64,000 nucleotides of DNA from an uncultured delta proteobacterium (GCA_963774665.1 CAVZGB010000010.1:515677-579676); one strand, 5' to 3'; positions 22,776 through 32,955 are shown, counted from the first letter of the stretch. The notes: a model not told the origin generated them from the letters alone. Program-made: numbers and translations.

Positions 22776-22863
22776 TCGGCGGGAACTCCTGCCACTTTCT
22801 AATACAGAATCTAGTGTTCTGATCAGATTAACGCACGCGGCGTTCCTTCGCGAGTATCGAGTC

Positions 22864-23667
22864 TCAATTCGCTTTTGCTGCCTCCAGGTATCCGAGAATC
22901 TTCTCGAGCCTCTCAACCGGGCTGACGCATTCGAGCAACGCTTGCTGTTCCGCGACTTCGATGTTCAGATGGCGCGCGATCACATACGAAAGGATCGAAG
23001 GATCTTCTTCGATCTGTCTCATCCGAGTCGCGAGTTCCGGGATGGTCGTCCTCTCGCGGCGTGCATACTTGTGGAACGCGGAAAGCACCGCGAGCACTAG
23101 CTTTTCGACGCGGACGGATCGGTCTGACGTTTCTGCTATGTCTTCGGCTTCGGCCTTGAAGAATTTCTGATCGAACACAAAGCGTCTGACTCGTGCGCGC
23201 TTCTTGCCCTCGACGATGATCTTCGCTGTGCCGTCAGGAAGGCGATGCCGTTCGGCAATGACGCCCAAAGTTCCAACCTCGTACATATCAGCAGAAGAGG
23301 GCATCGCAACTGCCGCCTCACGCTGAGCCACCAGCAGAATCGGAGAGTTTGCGGCGAGCGAGATCTGGGATTTCGGATCTTCCGCCGCCTCGACCGCCTT
23401 TAGCGATCGCCGACGACCGATGAAGATCGGATAGACCTCGTGCGGGAAAGCAACCAATTCACGCAGCGGCACCAGCGGGACGAAGCGGGAAGCGACGGCT
23501 CGCATCAGCTCGGCCCAGTTTTTGTAGCCGTACTCAATTGCGAGTCGGCGTTGCGCGGCGGCCAGTTGCAGGTCCTCCTGCGCGGCGAGCCGCTTCGCCT
23601 GTTTGCGGAGATTTTCTTCGGACGGATTTTCCGGCAGCCGCTTGCGCGGCCCTTGCGATGTGGTCAT
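22864..23667 (-). CDS. Lon N-terminal (substrate-binding) domain protein with a small helical N-terminal module; no AAA+ or protease domain
   Basis: PLVPLRELVAFP, LLVAQR, YEVGT, LPDGTAKIIVEG, QQALLE; N-terminus LPENPSEENLRKQAKRL...AQRRLAIEYGYKNWAEL. Confidence 0.8.
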   Translation of the reverse strand: MTTSQGPRKRLPENPSEENLRKQAKRLAAQEDLQLAAAQRRLAIEYGYKNWAELMRAVASRFVPLVPLRELVAFPHEVYPIFIGRRRSLKAVEAAEDPKSQISLAANSPILLVAQREAAVAMPSSADMYEVGTLGVIAERHRLPDGTAKIIVEGKKRARVRRFVFDQKFFKAEAEDIAETSDRSVRVEKLVLAVLSAFHKYARRERTTIPELATRMRQIEEDPSILSYVIARHLNIEVAEQQALLECVSPVERLEKILGYLEAAKAN

Positions 23668-23783
23668 AGCAAACCCCTTCCTTATGCCCGATGTCCGCTA
23701 ACGGGCAGGAAAAGGTTTATGTTAGTCGAGCAACCAGGGTGGGCTTGGCCCTCTCCGCGGACGGGTGGCCGCCTGACGGCCAT
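23668..23783 (-). ncRNA. Putative structured cis-regulatory 5' leader
   Basis: 5' hairpin, long RBS-sequestering stem, and loop GCGGAC complementary to upstream GUCCGC. Confidence 0.55.
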
Positions 23784-23788
23784 GAGAG

Positions 23789-23817
23789 ATGCTAGTTTGC
23801 GGGCGGCGATAGCGCAA
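23789..23817 (-). promoter_or_regulatory. Sigma-70 promoter for the leader and Lon-N gene
   Basis: TTGCGC-17nt-TAGCAT. Confidence 0.55.
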
Positions 23818-23862
23818 GAAAATGCTAGCTGCGCTCGGTCGTGAGGATGCCGGCGACCTAAC

Positions 23863-24887
23863 TGTCGAGTTGCAATAGGTGTCCTGGGAAGGCGCGAGAT
23901 AGGAGTTTGGCCGCCGATGCCTTGATGGGGACGGTGATGGTTGTAGGAATGAAGCCAGGGCAGCAAGGCTTGGGCGCGTTGTTGGGAATGATCGTAAGGC
24001 CGTGCGTAAGCCCATTCGCGCAGGGCTGTCTGGATTGTAAGCGTTCGGCCTTGCCGTTGGTGCGCGGGATACAGGACGGCGAAAAGATTGCCGTTCATCC
24101 TGCGGCTGCGGCACAGGTCGGCAATAAGGTGAGAACGGTAGGCGGAGCCGTAGTCAGTCATGATGCGCGCGACCGAGATCCCCAGGGTCTGGAAGTGATC
24201 GAGGGCGCGCACGAGGAAGCCGGTGGTGGTTTCCTTGCGCTCGTTGGGCAGAACTTCCATGTAGGCCAGGCGTGAATGGTCATCGATACAAACGTGGGTG
24301 ACCTCGAAGCCAGCACCCAGGCTGCGCTTTTGGTGAGTGCCGGTTATGCGCGAGCCGACCCGCTGGAAGCGGCCGAGCTTCTTGGTGTCGAGGTGCAGCA
24401 GGTCACCGGGCGCGGAATACTCGTAGCGCTGGACAGGTGGCGGCGGTGACAGCGCACTCAGCCGCGACAGTCCGACCCGCTTGAGCAGCCGGCTCACGGT
24501 GGCGATGCTGAGCTCGAGTTGTGCGGCGATATGCTTCATCAGAGGCGCTGGCGGCGCAGCGCGATCACCTGCTCGGCCACCTCAGGCGCGGTCGGACACC
24601 GCAGCCGGTGAGGACGCGAGCTGCGGTCGACCAATCCCGCCGCGCCTTCGCGGGAAAACCGCCCCGCCCACTTGCGCACAGTCTTGTCACATACGCCCAC
24701 GCCCGCTGCGACTGTCTTTGCCAGTTCTCCTGCATTCACCCGCCTGACCAGTCCGGCTCGACTATGCGGCGTTGTGCGCGCATTCTGATGAATGTCCATC
24801 CGGGGTGACCTCCTGAGTCGGTGTTGAGTTTCGCACCTTTCACCTTCTCAGCGTCCTCCCGGAAGGACAACCTATTGAAACATCACA
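23863..24887 (-). mobile_element. IS481-family insertion sequence with a frameshifted transposase
   Basis: TGT...ACA ends with imperfect inverted repeats (shared caataggt); CCTAAC duplicated at 23857-23862 and 24888-24893; MDIHQNARTTP, HLDTKKLG, IDDHSR, YNHHRPH. Confidence 0.92.
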
Positions 24888-24990
24888 CCTAACCCCTAAC
24901 CCCTTCCCATAGTGGGAAGGGGAATCAGAGTTGCGAGAATCGTCGCGTCCTATCCCCCTCGCCCCCTTTCCAGAATGGAAAGGGGGGACA
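24888..24990. repeat. Two tandem REP-like hairpins
   Basis: ccccttccca-tag-tgggaagggg and ccccctttcca-gaa-tggaaagggggg. Confidence 0.65.
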
Positions 24991-25090
24991 GATTTGTTAA
25001 GAGTGAAGGGCCTCTAGTTCGTTTGAATCCCGGCGCGAGGCTCCATATCATTTCTCGTTCATCATAATCGCACTATCATAGAAAGAAATT

Positions 25091-25390
25091 ATGGGACTTA
25101 GAAAAGTAACTTTTTTCGATAAGGAAGGGACCACGCTCGTGCCGGTGGAGGAGGATGGGCAGGCGAAGCCGGCTGTGATGGGCGTGCGATGGGTCAATCC
25201 CGACACGTTCGAAACGATTCGCGTCGTTGGCGGCAAACGCACCGGGCCGAAGGGCGAAGTGCTTATGGAAGTCCCGCCGACCCTCGACACCAGCGCATTC
25301 GCGATCGAAGATTTGCCGCCGCCCAAGGTCAAAGAAGAGCTCAAGGAGATCGAGGCTTCCGCCGCGCCGAAGTCGACGGAGAAGCCGTGA
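25091..25390 (+). CDS. Hypothetical 99-aa protein coupled to the CoA-transferase genes
   Basis: Clean ORF with a purine-rich upstream sequence; GTGA overlap with the next gene. Confidence 0.7.
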   Translation: MGLRKVTFFDKEGTTLVPVEEDGQAKPAVMGVRWVNPDTFETIRVVGGKRTGPKGEVLMEVPPTLDTSAFAIEDLPPPKVKEELKEIEASAAPKSTEKP

Positions 25391-26599
25391 CGGAGCCGGG
25401 ACCCGGCGCGCTCGCGGGCCTGCGCGTCCTCGATCTGACGGGGCATCGCGCACAACTTTGCGCGCGGCTGCTGGGCGACATGGGCGCCGACGTTATCAAG
25501 GTCGAGCAGCCCGGCGGCGACGACGCTCGTCGCATCGGCCCGTTCCTCGACGATTTGCCGCATCACGATCGGAGCTTGTTTTTCTGGTTCTACAACCTCA
25601 ATAAGCGATCGCTGACGCTTGACCTCAAGCATTCGCGCGGCGCTGATATTTTGCTGCAGCTCGTTCGTTCTGCTGACGTGGTGATCGAGAGCTTTGCGCC
25701 GGGGACGATGGACCAGCTCGGGCTTGGGTGGGAGATTCTCCATCGCGAGAATCCTGCGCTGGTGCTTTGCTCGATCGCGCCGTTCGGGCAGACCGGCCCC
25801 TATCGCGACTATGTCGCCGATGACACCGTGCTGACCGCGCTTGGCGGGATGCTCTACGTCAACGGATTCCCCAATCACGCTCCGGTGCGTCCGCTCGGTC
25901 TGCAGGCCTATCACTCGTCGGCGTACTTCGGTGCGATCGCAGTGATGCTTGCGCTGCTCGCTCGCGACCGAACTGCTGAAGGACAGTGGATCGATCTCGA
26001 GCATGCAGGAGGCCACTGCTGCGGCCGTCGAGCACGTCGCCGGCGGATACTTTGAGCGCAACGAAGCGGAGCCGCGCCGCGGGACTCTGCACTGGAGCCG
26101 TTTCTTTCGCGTCGGCAAATGCCGCGACGGGTACATCATGCATTGCACGCTCGGCGACTGGACCTCGCTCATCGAATGGGTCAAGTCCGACGGCAAGGCG
26201 GCCGACCTCGACGCGCCGGACTATCAACAGCCGATGTATCGCTACCTGATGGCCGAGCATGTGTTCGAAGTGCTCGACGATTGGGTCAAGGATTATCCGC
26301 GCGACGAATTGCTCGAGCGCGCGCAGCTTTTGCGCCAGCCGTACGCGACCGTTCGCCCGCCCGAGGCGTTGTTCGACGACGAGCAGCTCATCGAGCGCGG
26401 CTACTTCGTCGAGGTTGAGCATCCCGAGCTGGGGCGCAAGTTCCGCTATCCGGGAGCGCCGTATCTTTTCAACGGCACGCCGTGGCGCGCGTCGCGGCGG
26501 CCGCCGCTGGTGGGAGAGCATACCGGTGAGATCTTGCGCGACGAGCTCGCGATGGCTCCGGAAGCAATCGCCGTGCTCTCCGCAGAAGGAGTGATCTGA
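25387..26599 (+). CDS. Family III CoA-transferase, CaiB/BaiF (frameshift near 26000)
   Basis: LAGLRVLDL, DMGADVIKVE.PGGD, NKRSLTLDL, PP.VGEHT. Confidence 0.88.
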
Positions 26600-26601
26600 T
26601 C

Positions 26602-27804
26602 ATGGGCGCGAGGCCGCTGGACGGCGTGCGCATCCTCGACTTCACCTGGGTGGTAGCCGGCCCGGTCGCGACGCGGATTCTCGGCGATCACGGCGCGCAG
26701 GTGGTCAAGGTCGAGCGCAAGGATCCGCCGCCGATGGGCAATCGCAAACTCGGCCTGCAATGCGACCTGCATCGCAGCAAACTTTCGGTCGCGCTCAACA
26801 TGCAGCATCCGAAAGGCGTCGAACTCGCGCGCCGGCTGGCCGCGATTAGCGACATCGTGATGGATAATTTTTCCGCGCGCGTGATGCGCACCTGGGGGAT
26901 GGATTACGAAAGTCTCAAGGCAGTGAAGCCCGATATTATTTGCATCAGCATGTCGGGCCTCGGCCACACCGGCCCGCGTTCGAGTTACGTCAGCTATGGG
27001 CCGACGCTGCAGGCGCTTACGGGATACACGCAGTTGATGGCGGAGGCCGACGGGACGCCGGCGGGATACGGCTACTCGTACGCCGACATGTGCGGGGGAT
27101 ACTCGGGCGCGCTCGCAGCGCTGGTCGCATTGTGGCATCGACGGCGCACGGGCAAAGGCCAGTTCGTCGATCTGTCGCAGTTCGAGGCGGTCGCGAGCGT
27201 CGTCGGTCCCGCGCTACTCGACATCTCGGTCAACGGGCGCACGCAGTCGGCGCCGGGCTACAATTCACAGGAGGGGCCGGCCGCGCCGCATGGGGTTTAC
27301 AAATGTCGCCCGCTCGACGGCGACGACGATCGATGGGTCGCGATCAGCGTTCGCACCGGACCCGAATGGCGTCGATTCGTCGTCGCGATCGGTTCTCCGG
27401 AATGGGCGAGCGAACCAAAGTTCCGCACGCTCTACATGAGGATGCAAAACAGCGCAGAGCTGGACGTCAACGTCTCGCGATGGACCGCGGAGCACAGCGC
27501 GGAAGATGCGATGGCGATACTGCAGCGCGCGGGAATCGCAGCCGGCGTGGTCGAGAACGGCGTCGACCTGTGCGCACGCGATCCGCAACTGAAAGAGCGC
27601 GGCTTCTGGCCGGAGGTCTCGACCAGGAAGGGCGTGGCGACTCACGTCACCGGAATCCCGTTCAAGCTGTCCGGCGGGTCGGGAGAAGTTCGCACGATCG
27701 CGCCCGAAGTAGGCGAGGATTTCGACTACGTCCTCGGCGAGCTGCTAGGCCTCGGCAAAGCAGCGCGCGAGAAGTTGGTCGCGGAAGGCGCCGTCTGGCC
27801 CTGA
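26602..27804 (+). CDS. Family III CoA-transferase, CaiB/BaiF
   Basis: PLDGVRILDFTWVVAGP, DNFS, YAD (catalytic Asp), GKGQFVDLSQ. Confidence 0.9.
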   Translation: MGARPLDGVRILDFTWVVAGPVATRILGDHGAQVVKVERKDPPPMGNRKLGLQCDLHRSKLSVALNMQHPKGVELARRLAAISDIVMDNFSARVMRTWGMDYESLKAVKPDIICISMSGLGHTGPRSSYVSYGPTLQALTGYTQLMAEADGTPAGYGYSYADMCGGYSGALAALVALWHRRRTGKGQFVDLSQFEAVASVVGPALLDISVNGRTQSAPGYNSQEGPAAPHGVYKCRPLDGDDDRWVAISVRTGPEWRRFVVAIGSPEWASEPKFRTLYMRMQNSAELDVNVSRWTAEHSAEDAMAILQRAGIAAGVVENGVDLCARDPQLKERGFWPEVSTRKGVATHVTGIPFKLSGGSGEVRTIAPEVGEDFDYVLGELLGLGKAAREKLVAEGAVWP

Positions 27805-27849
27805 CATTCGCGACTTCGCGATTTTTTGAAGTTGAATTGAATTGAATCG

Positions 27850-27996
27850 CCTCCTCCGTTGTGGGGGAGGCCGACGCTCGTTCTAGAGCGGCGGGTGGAG
27901 GACCAAATTTTCCGAGATTCGCTAAATTGCCGCGCAACGGGCATCCGCGCGGCAAATTGTCCTCCACCCTAACCCTCCTCCCACTTGGGAGGAGGG
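27850..27996. repeat. Composite palindromic (REPIN-like) element between convergent genes
   Basis: 11-bp inverted repeat gggtggaggac/gtcctccaccc, inner stem ttgccgcgc/gcgcggcaa, terminal ccctcctccc-actt-gggaggaggg. Confidence 0.65.
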
Positions 27997-28029
27997 AATC
28001 AGAACGAGCGCAGGAGGGAATCAGTCAAA

Positions 28030-28992
28030 TCAGGCGGCGGCTTGTAGTTGCGATCGTTCGGGCTTTGAGGTTGCCAGCGCTAGCATCGCGGTGTAGCCGG
28101 GCTGGAGTTCCATTCGCGGGCCGTAGCCTTTTGCTAGCAGGATTTCGTGGGCGCGCGGGAGGTTGTAGCACGGGACCGCCATCAGCAGGTGATGCTCGAG
28201 GTGGTAGTTGACGAAGTAGGGGGCGACGAAGGCGCGCATCAGCCAGTTCGCGTGCGTCGTGCGCGTGTTGCGGATCGGATCGTCGTTGTCGGGCGCCATC
28301 GAATGCTCGGCGATACTGCGAATGCGCACGACCAGCTCGTGGAACGTCATGTACGGGAGCACCCATAGCGCGAAGAAGAGAAACCAGTGTCCCGTCGCGG
28401 CGAGTATCGCGAAAATAATTGCGTTGCTGACGATCGCGCCGTGCAGCCGCTTCCAAGCCATCGCGAGCCGCTGCGATATTGGCATGTCCGGACGTCCGAA
28501 CGCGCGCCGAATCAGCGCCGCCTTCTGCTTGTATGCCGTCTGCCCGGTGAGATCGCGAATGACCTTGCGGCGCATGCTGCTGCGCGTGATCGGAAACGGG
28601 GCCGTCAGTCCCAGGTCGGGATCGTTTTTCTGTTGCGTAAACCGATGGTGCCCGGCGACGTGGTAGGGGCGGTAGGCGTACATGTCGCCGAACAGCGCGT
28701 AGTCCGTCAGCCAGGTTCCGGCGAAGTCGTTCAGTTTCATGTTGCTGAACAGCAGGCCGTGCGACGCGTCATGCGACAGGATGGCGAGGCCGAGTTGACG
28801 GGCGCCGATTATCAAGGTCGCGGCGATGAAGGTCAGCGGATTCGGCCACCATACGAAGAGCGCCATCGCGCCGAAGATCACCGCCCACGCGTGAAAAATC
28901 ATCCACGCCGCGCGCCACTGAGATTTGCGCTTGAGCATCAGCAATTCTTCGTCGGAAAAAACGCTACGCGCCTGGAACATGATATCCTCCAA
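28030..28992 (-). CDS. Membrane fatty-acid desaturase family protein
   Basis: His boxes HDASH, HVAGHH, AEH, YHLEHH. Confidence 0.88.
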   Translation of the reverse strand: MEDIMFQARSVFSDEELLMLKRKSQWRAAWMIFHAWAVIFGAMALFVWWPNPLTFIAATLIIGARQLGLAILSHDASHGLLFSNMKLNDFAGTWLTDYALFGDMYAYRPYHVAGHHRFTQQKNDPDLGLTAPFPITRSSMRRKVIRDLTGQTAYKQKAALIRRAFGRPDMPISQRLAMAWKRLHGAIVSNAIIFAILAATGHWFLFFALWVLPYMTFHELVVRIRSIAEHSMAPDNDDPIRNTRTTHANWLMRAFVAPYFVNYHLEHHLLMAVPCYNLPRAHEILLAKGYGPRMELQPGYTAMLALATSKPERSQLQAAA

Positions 28993-29052
28993 TCTTCCGT
29001 CGAAGTATCGGGGCGTTTGGTCTTTGCATCACGAATTTGTATGTAACAAAGA

Positions 29053-29879
29053 ATGGCAACGATTGCAAATCCTCGTTATGTACCGCGACACCTCACCGCG
29101 CGCGAGCTGGTGATCGATTTCCTGTCGAATCGATATCCGCGCGAGATGTCGGTGCAGGAAATTACGGGCGTCGGGATTGCGCTGGGATTCACCGAGCAGA
29201 GTTTGCGGATGGCGCTGACGCGGCTGGTCGAGCAATCGGTGGCCGCCAACATCGGGCGTGGACGCTATCGTTTGAGCCCGTCGGGCGAGGCGATGCGCGA
29301 CGAAGTTCGCAAGTGGCGTCATCTCGACGATCTCGCCAGGCCGTGGTCGGGCGCGTGGATAGGAGTTTTCGACGCAAGCGTACCGCGCAGCGATCGCGCC
29401 GCGCTGCGACGTCACGAACGCGCGATGCGGTTGCGGGGATTTCGCGAACTTCAAAGTGGTCTATGGATTCGTCCCGCCAATCTGCGCGACTCCGTTGCGG
29501 AACTGCGCGAGCATCTGCGCGCGCTGGGGCTTCATCCCGCGGCGCTGGTGGTCGGCCTCACGATCTAGACGACGATGCGCGCGCGAAGGCTACCAGCCTG
29601 TGGGATACTGCCGCGATGATCGCGACATATCGCGCGCTGGCGGACGAGTTGCTCACGAGCAAGGGCAAGCTCGAGCGCTTGCCGCTGGACACTGCCGCGG
29701 CGGAATCGATGGTGCTCGGCCGCGACGTGATTCGGCATATCAATCTTGATCCGGTGCTGCCCGAGGAGCTGATGCCGCAGCGCGCGCTGATCAATCTGAT
29801 TCGGGTGATGTCGGATTATGATCAGAATGCGCGGCAGATCTGGCGGCGCTTCATGCGCGCGCACGCGCCGCGGGAATAA
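29053..29879 (+). CDS. PaaX-family transcriptional regulator (frameshift near 29560)
   Basis: SLRMALTRL, W.GAW, GLWIRPANL, and C-terminal DPVLPEEL. Confidence 0.82.
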
Positions 29880-29924
29880 TTAGACAACAAGAGAGTGATG
29901 AGCCGAGCGTTGGTGGTGTGATCA

Positions 29925-29992
29925 AGAACCCTCACCTACCGGCCGCGATCGCGGCTCGGCCTCCTCTCCCGTAAAGTCACGGGCGAGGTCAA
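29925..29992 (+). repeat. ~67-bp dispersed palindromic repeat, copy 1
   Basis: Nearly identical to the reverse complement of 36402-36467. Confidence 0.85.
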
Positions 29993-30066
29993 TTCCCAGC
30001 ACGCCATCGCTCGCGGGCGCTCGGTTGCGCTAGTGTCAACTGGCTGTTAGCAGGGAAGGCTAATTT

Positions 30067-31599
30067 TTGCACGCAAGCGTAATATCGAGCGCGCTGGTTG
30101 GGGTTGACGCGTTTCCGGTCGAAGTTGAAATCGACATCGGCGCCGGAGTGCCGCCGCATCGGCTCGTAGGGCTGGCCGAGGGCGCGGTCAAGGAGGCGCT
30201 CGATCGGGTCAAGTCGGCGCTGAAAAATTCCGGCTTCGATTTCCCGACGCGCAAGATGACTATCAACCTCGCGCCTGCCGATACGCGCAAGGAAGGCTCG
30301 GCGTTCGATCTGCCGCTGGCGCTTGGAATTCTCGCCGCGCAAAACGTGTTGAAGGATCGCGCGCGCCTGCGCGGCTACCTGATTCTCGGTGAACTCGCGC
30401 TCGACGGGCGTATCAAGGGTATCAAGGGTGCGCTGCCGACTGCGTTGCTCGCGCGATCAGCCAAGTTCGAGGGCGTGATGCTCCCGCGCGAGAATGCCTC
30501 CGAGGCTGCCGTTGTCGGCGAAGGCACGGCGGTGCTCGGAGTTGAGAGCCTGCGCGAGGCTTTCGAATTCTTCGAGGGCCTGCGTCCTCTCCAATCGATT
30601 CCGGTCGATCTCACCACGGCGTTCGGCGAGGCCAACGTTTACGACGTCGATTTCAGCGAGGTCAAAGGACAGGAGCAGGCCAAGCGCGCGCTCGAGGTCG
30701 CGGCGGCCGGCGGTCATAACGTCCTGATGATCGGGCCGCCCGGATCGGGCAAGACGATGCTCGCAAAGCGGCTGCCTTCGATTCTTCCCACGATGACCTT
30801 CGAGGAGGCGATCGAGACCACCAAGGTGCACTCGGTGATGGGCCTGCTCGACGGCCGCGCGCTGATCACGACGCGCCCGTTTCGCAGCCCGCATCACACT
30901 ATCTCCGACGCTGGCCTTATCGGCGGCGGATCGATTCCGCGGCCGGGGGAAGTCAGCCTCGCGCATCACGGAGTGCTGTTCCTCGACGAGTTGCCCGAGT
31001 TCCGCAAGAACGTGCTCGAAGTCCTGCGCCAACCGCTCGAGGATGCGCGCATCACGATCTCGCGCGTGATGGGGACGCTGACGTTCCCGGCCTCGGTGAT
31101 GCTGGTAGCTGCGATGAATCCGTGCCCGTGCGGCTTCTACACTGATCCTCAGCACGAGTGCTCATGCTCGCCGATCGCGATTCAGCGGTATCGCTCGCGC
31201 ATCTCGGGCCCGCTGCTCGATCGCATCGACATCCACATCGAGGTGCCCGCGGTGAAGTACAAGGACCTGACCGATCGCGTCGCGCGAGAGCCGTCGGTCG
31301 CCATTCGCGAGCGCGTCAATCGTGCGCGCGAGGCGCAGCTCGCGCGCTTCAAGGGGATGCCGTTTTTCTGCAACGCGCAGATGCGTGCGAGCGATCTGCG
31401 GCTTCATTGCCAAATCGAAGCCGGCGGCGAGCGCCTGCTCGAGCTGGCAATCAACCGGCTCGGGCTCAGCGCGCGCGCCTACACGCGCATCCTGAAAGTC
31501 TCGCGCACGATCGCCGATCTCGACGGCTCGGCCTCGATCGCCGCGCATCATGTGAGCGAGGCGATTCAGTATCGCTCGCTCGACCGGGCTACTCCCTAG
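30067..31599 (+). CDS. comM: ComM/YifB Mg-chelatase-like AAA+ ATPase
   Basis: [45 protein letters not shown]. Confidence 0.93.
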   Translation: MHASVISSALVGVDAFPVEVEIDIGAGVPPHRLVGLAEGAVKEALDRVKSALKNSGFDFPTRKMTINLAPADTRKEGSAFDLPLALGILAAQNVLKDRARLRGYLILGELALDGRIKGIKGALPTALLARSAKFEGVMLPRENASEAAVVGEGTAVLGVESLREAFEFFEGLRPLQSIPVDLTTAFGEANVYDVDFSEVKGQEQAKRALEVAAAGGHNVLMIGPPGSGKTMLAKRLPSILPTMTFEEAIETTKVHSVMGLLDGRALITTRPFRSPHHTISDAGLIGGGSIPRPGEVSLAHHGVLFLDELPEFRKNVLEVLRQPLEDARITISRVMGTLTFPASVMLVAAMNPCPCGFYTDPQHECSCSPIAIQRYRSRISGPLLDRIDIHIEVPAVKYKDLTDRVAREPSVAIRERVNRAREAQLARFKGMPFFCNAQMRASDLRLHCQIEAGGERLLELAINRLGLSARAYTRILKVSRTIADLDGSASIAAHHVSEAIQYRSLDRATP

Positions 31600-31607
31600 A
31601 AAACGAA

Positions 31608-31637
31608 GCGGGCGACCCGATTGCTCGAGCCGCCCGC
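31608..31637. terminator. Probable intrinsic terminator between convergent genes
   Basis: gcgggcg...cgcccgc stem, followed by TTCGTTTT on the minus strand. Confidence 0.5.
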
Positions 31638-31658
31638 CAGTCTCCGCGATTTTCAGGC

Positions 31659-32816
31659 TTAATGCAGTTGGTACCCGGCGACGAACTCGTCGAGAGTCCC
31701 GGACTTCACCACGAACGTGCCCGAGGCGACGGTGTTCGGCATGAAGAACTTCTTCAGATGCGTCTCGGCGTTGCCCAACGCGTCGGTCGGCACCGCGATA
31801 CCCGTGTCGACGTCACCCGAGTTGTCGAGCGGCCGGAAGAACAGCTCGTAGTTGGTGCTCGGAGTCGCGCCCGTGAGCTTTACGTTGACGGCGCCCGCGG
31901 CGTTTACTTCGTAGGAACCCCTATCGAGAGGATCGCTGCCACAGTTTGCGAGGATCGGATCGGTCACGCTCCCGCATGGAACCAGGTTCGACGCCGAAAC
32001 AGCCGGACGCACGAACTTCTGATTCACCTTGAATCCCGACACGAACTCATCGGTGCTGCCGTTCTGCAACACGATTTCTCCGGAACCGATCGTACTCGCC
32101 GCGAATGCAGCCGGCACGATCAGCATGCCATTTCCCGCTTTGTCAGTGGGGCCAACGGTTCCGAGCGAGGTAGTCGTGCCGCCGGGAGAACGCAGAATCG
32201 CGGTGTAGCTGGTGCTGGGACGCGCGCCGGTCACGTGGATCGACAGTGCGCCGTCGGCATTCTCAATATCGACGCGGCCCCGGCTCAGAGAGTCGCTTCC
32301 GCAATTTGAAAGAGTTCCCGGCACGGTCACGTCGGTGCATCGCACAAGGGCCGGCTGAAAATCACGCGCCGACTCGAGACCGTTGCTCGAGATCAACAGC
32401 CCGGTGACGAACTGCTCGCCGCCGTTACTCAGAACCACGTTGCCGGCGCCGACCGTGCCGAATTTGAAAAATGCGTCCTTTCGAAAGGCTCCGTCTCCTG
32501 CGACCCCGGTCTTGAGACTACCGATCGGAGTGGTCTGAGTGCCGTCGTTCGAGACGAGGCTGACGCTATACGTAGTGTTGGTGGCAGCTCCAATTACGAT
32601 CACGGTCACGTCGCCTTGATCGTTAATCGTCGCTCCGCCGCGCTTGAGCGGATCCTGGACCGTCGCGCAGGTGGTAAGCGCAGCCGGCGTGGTCACTGAT
32701 TTGCACTGAACCAGGGGTTGGTCGAATGTATCGGCGCGCGCCAATCCTGATACCAGGCAAAGCGCCACGGGCGCGGCGAGTAAAGCTACGCGCCATTTTC
32801 GTAGGGAATGATACAT
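31659..32816 (-). CDS. Secreted protein with three ~115-aa Cys-containing repeats
   Basis: Signal peptide ending ARA; 3x LVxC..V..P..L..C..D.L.RG...GA...T.Y...FVxG. Confidence 0.8.
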   Translation of the reverse strand: MYHSLRKWRVALLAAPVALCLVSGLARADTFDQPLVQCKSVTTPAALTTCATVQDPLKRGGATINDQGDVTVIVIGAATNTTYSVSLVSNDGTQTTPIGSLKTGVAGDGAFRKDAFFKFGTVGAGNVVLSNGGEQFVTGLLISSNGLESARDFQPALVRCTDVTVPGTLSNCGSDSLSRGRVDIENADGALSIHVTGARPSTSYTAILRSPGGTTTSLGTVGPTDKAGNGMLIVPAAFAASTIGSGEIVLQNGSTDEFVSGFKVNQKFVRPAVSASNLVPCGSVTDPILANCGSDPLDRGSYEVNAAGAVNVKLTGATPSTNYELFFRPLDNSGDVDTGIAVPTDALGNAETHLKKFFMPNTVASGTFVVKSGTLDEFVAGYQLH

Positions 32817-32883
32817 ACAGATTCCTCCTGCCTGTACGTCGACTGCCCTCGCAATCGAGTGTGAAAAATTTGCGATCGAAGTG

Positions 32884-32914
32884 TAAGACGCATCCGGCGA
32901 TGAGATCGTTTACG
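32884..32914 (-). promoter_or_regulatory. ECF-type promoter GTAAACGA-N15-CGTC
   Basis: cgtaaac-17nt-cgtctta; same boxes and spacing as the sites at 40395 and 40518. Confidence 0.6.
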
Positions 32915-32955
32915 CCCGACTAAAAAAAATCGCCCACCCGAGCCGCGATGCGGAC

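Noticed and set aside
29020-29050. PaaX operator palindrome between the desaturase and paaX
   Set aside because: The symmetry is too imperfect to call from the sequence alone.
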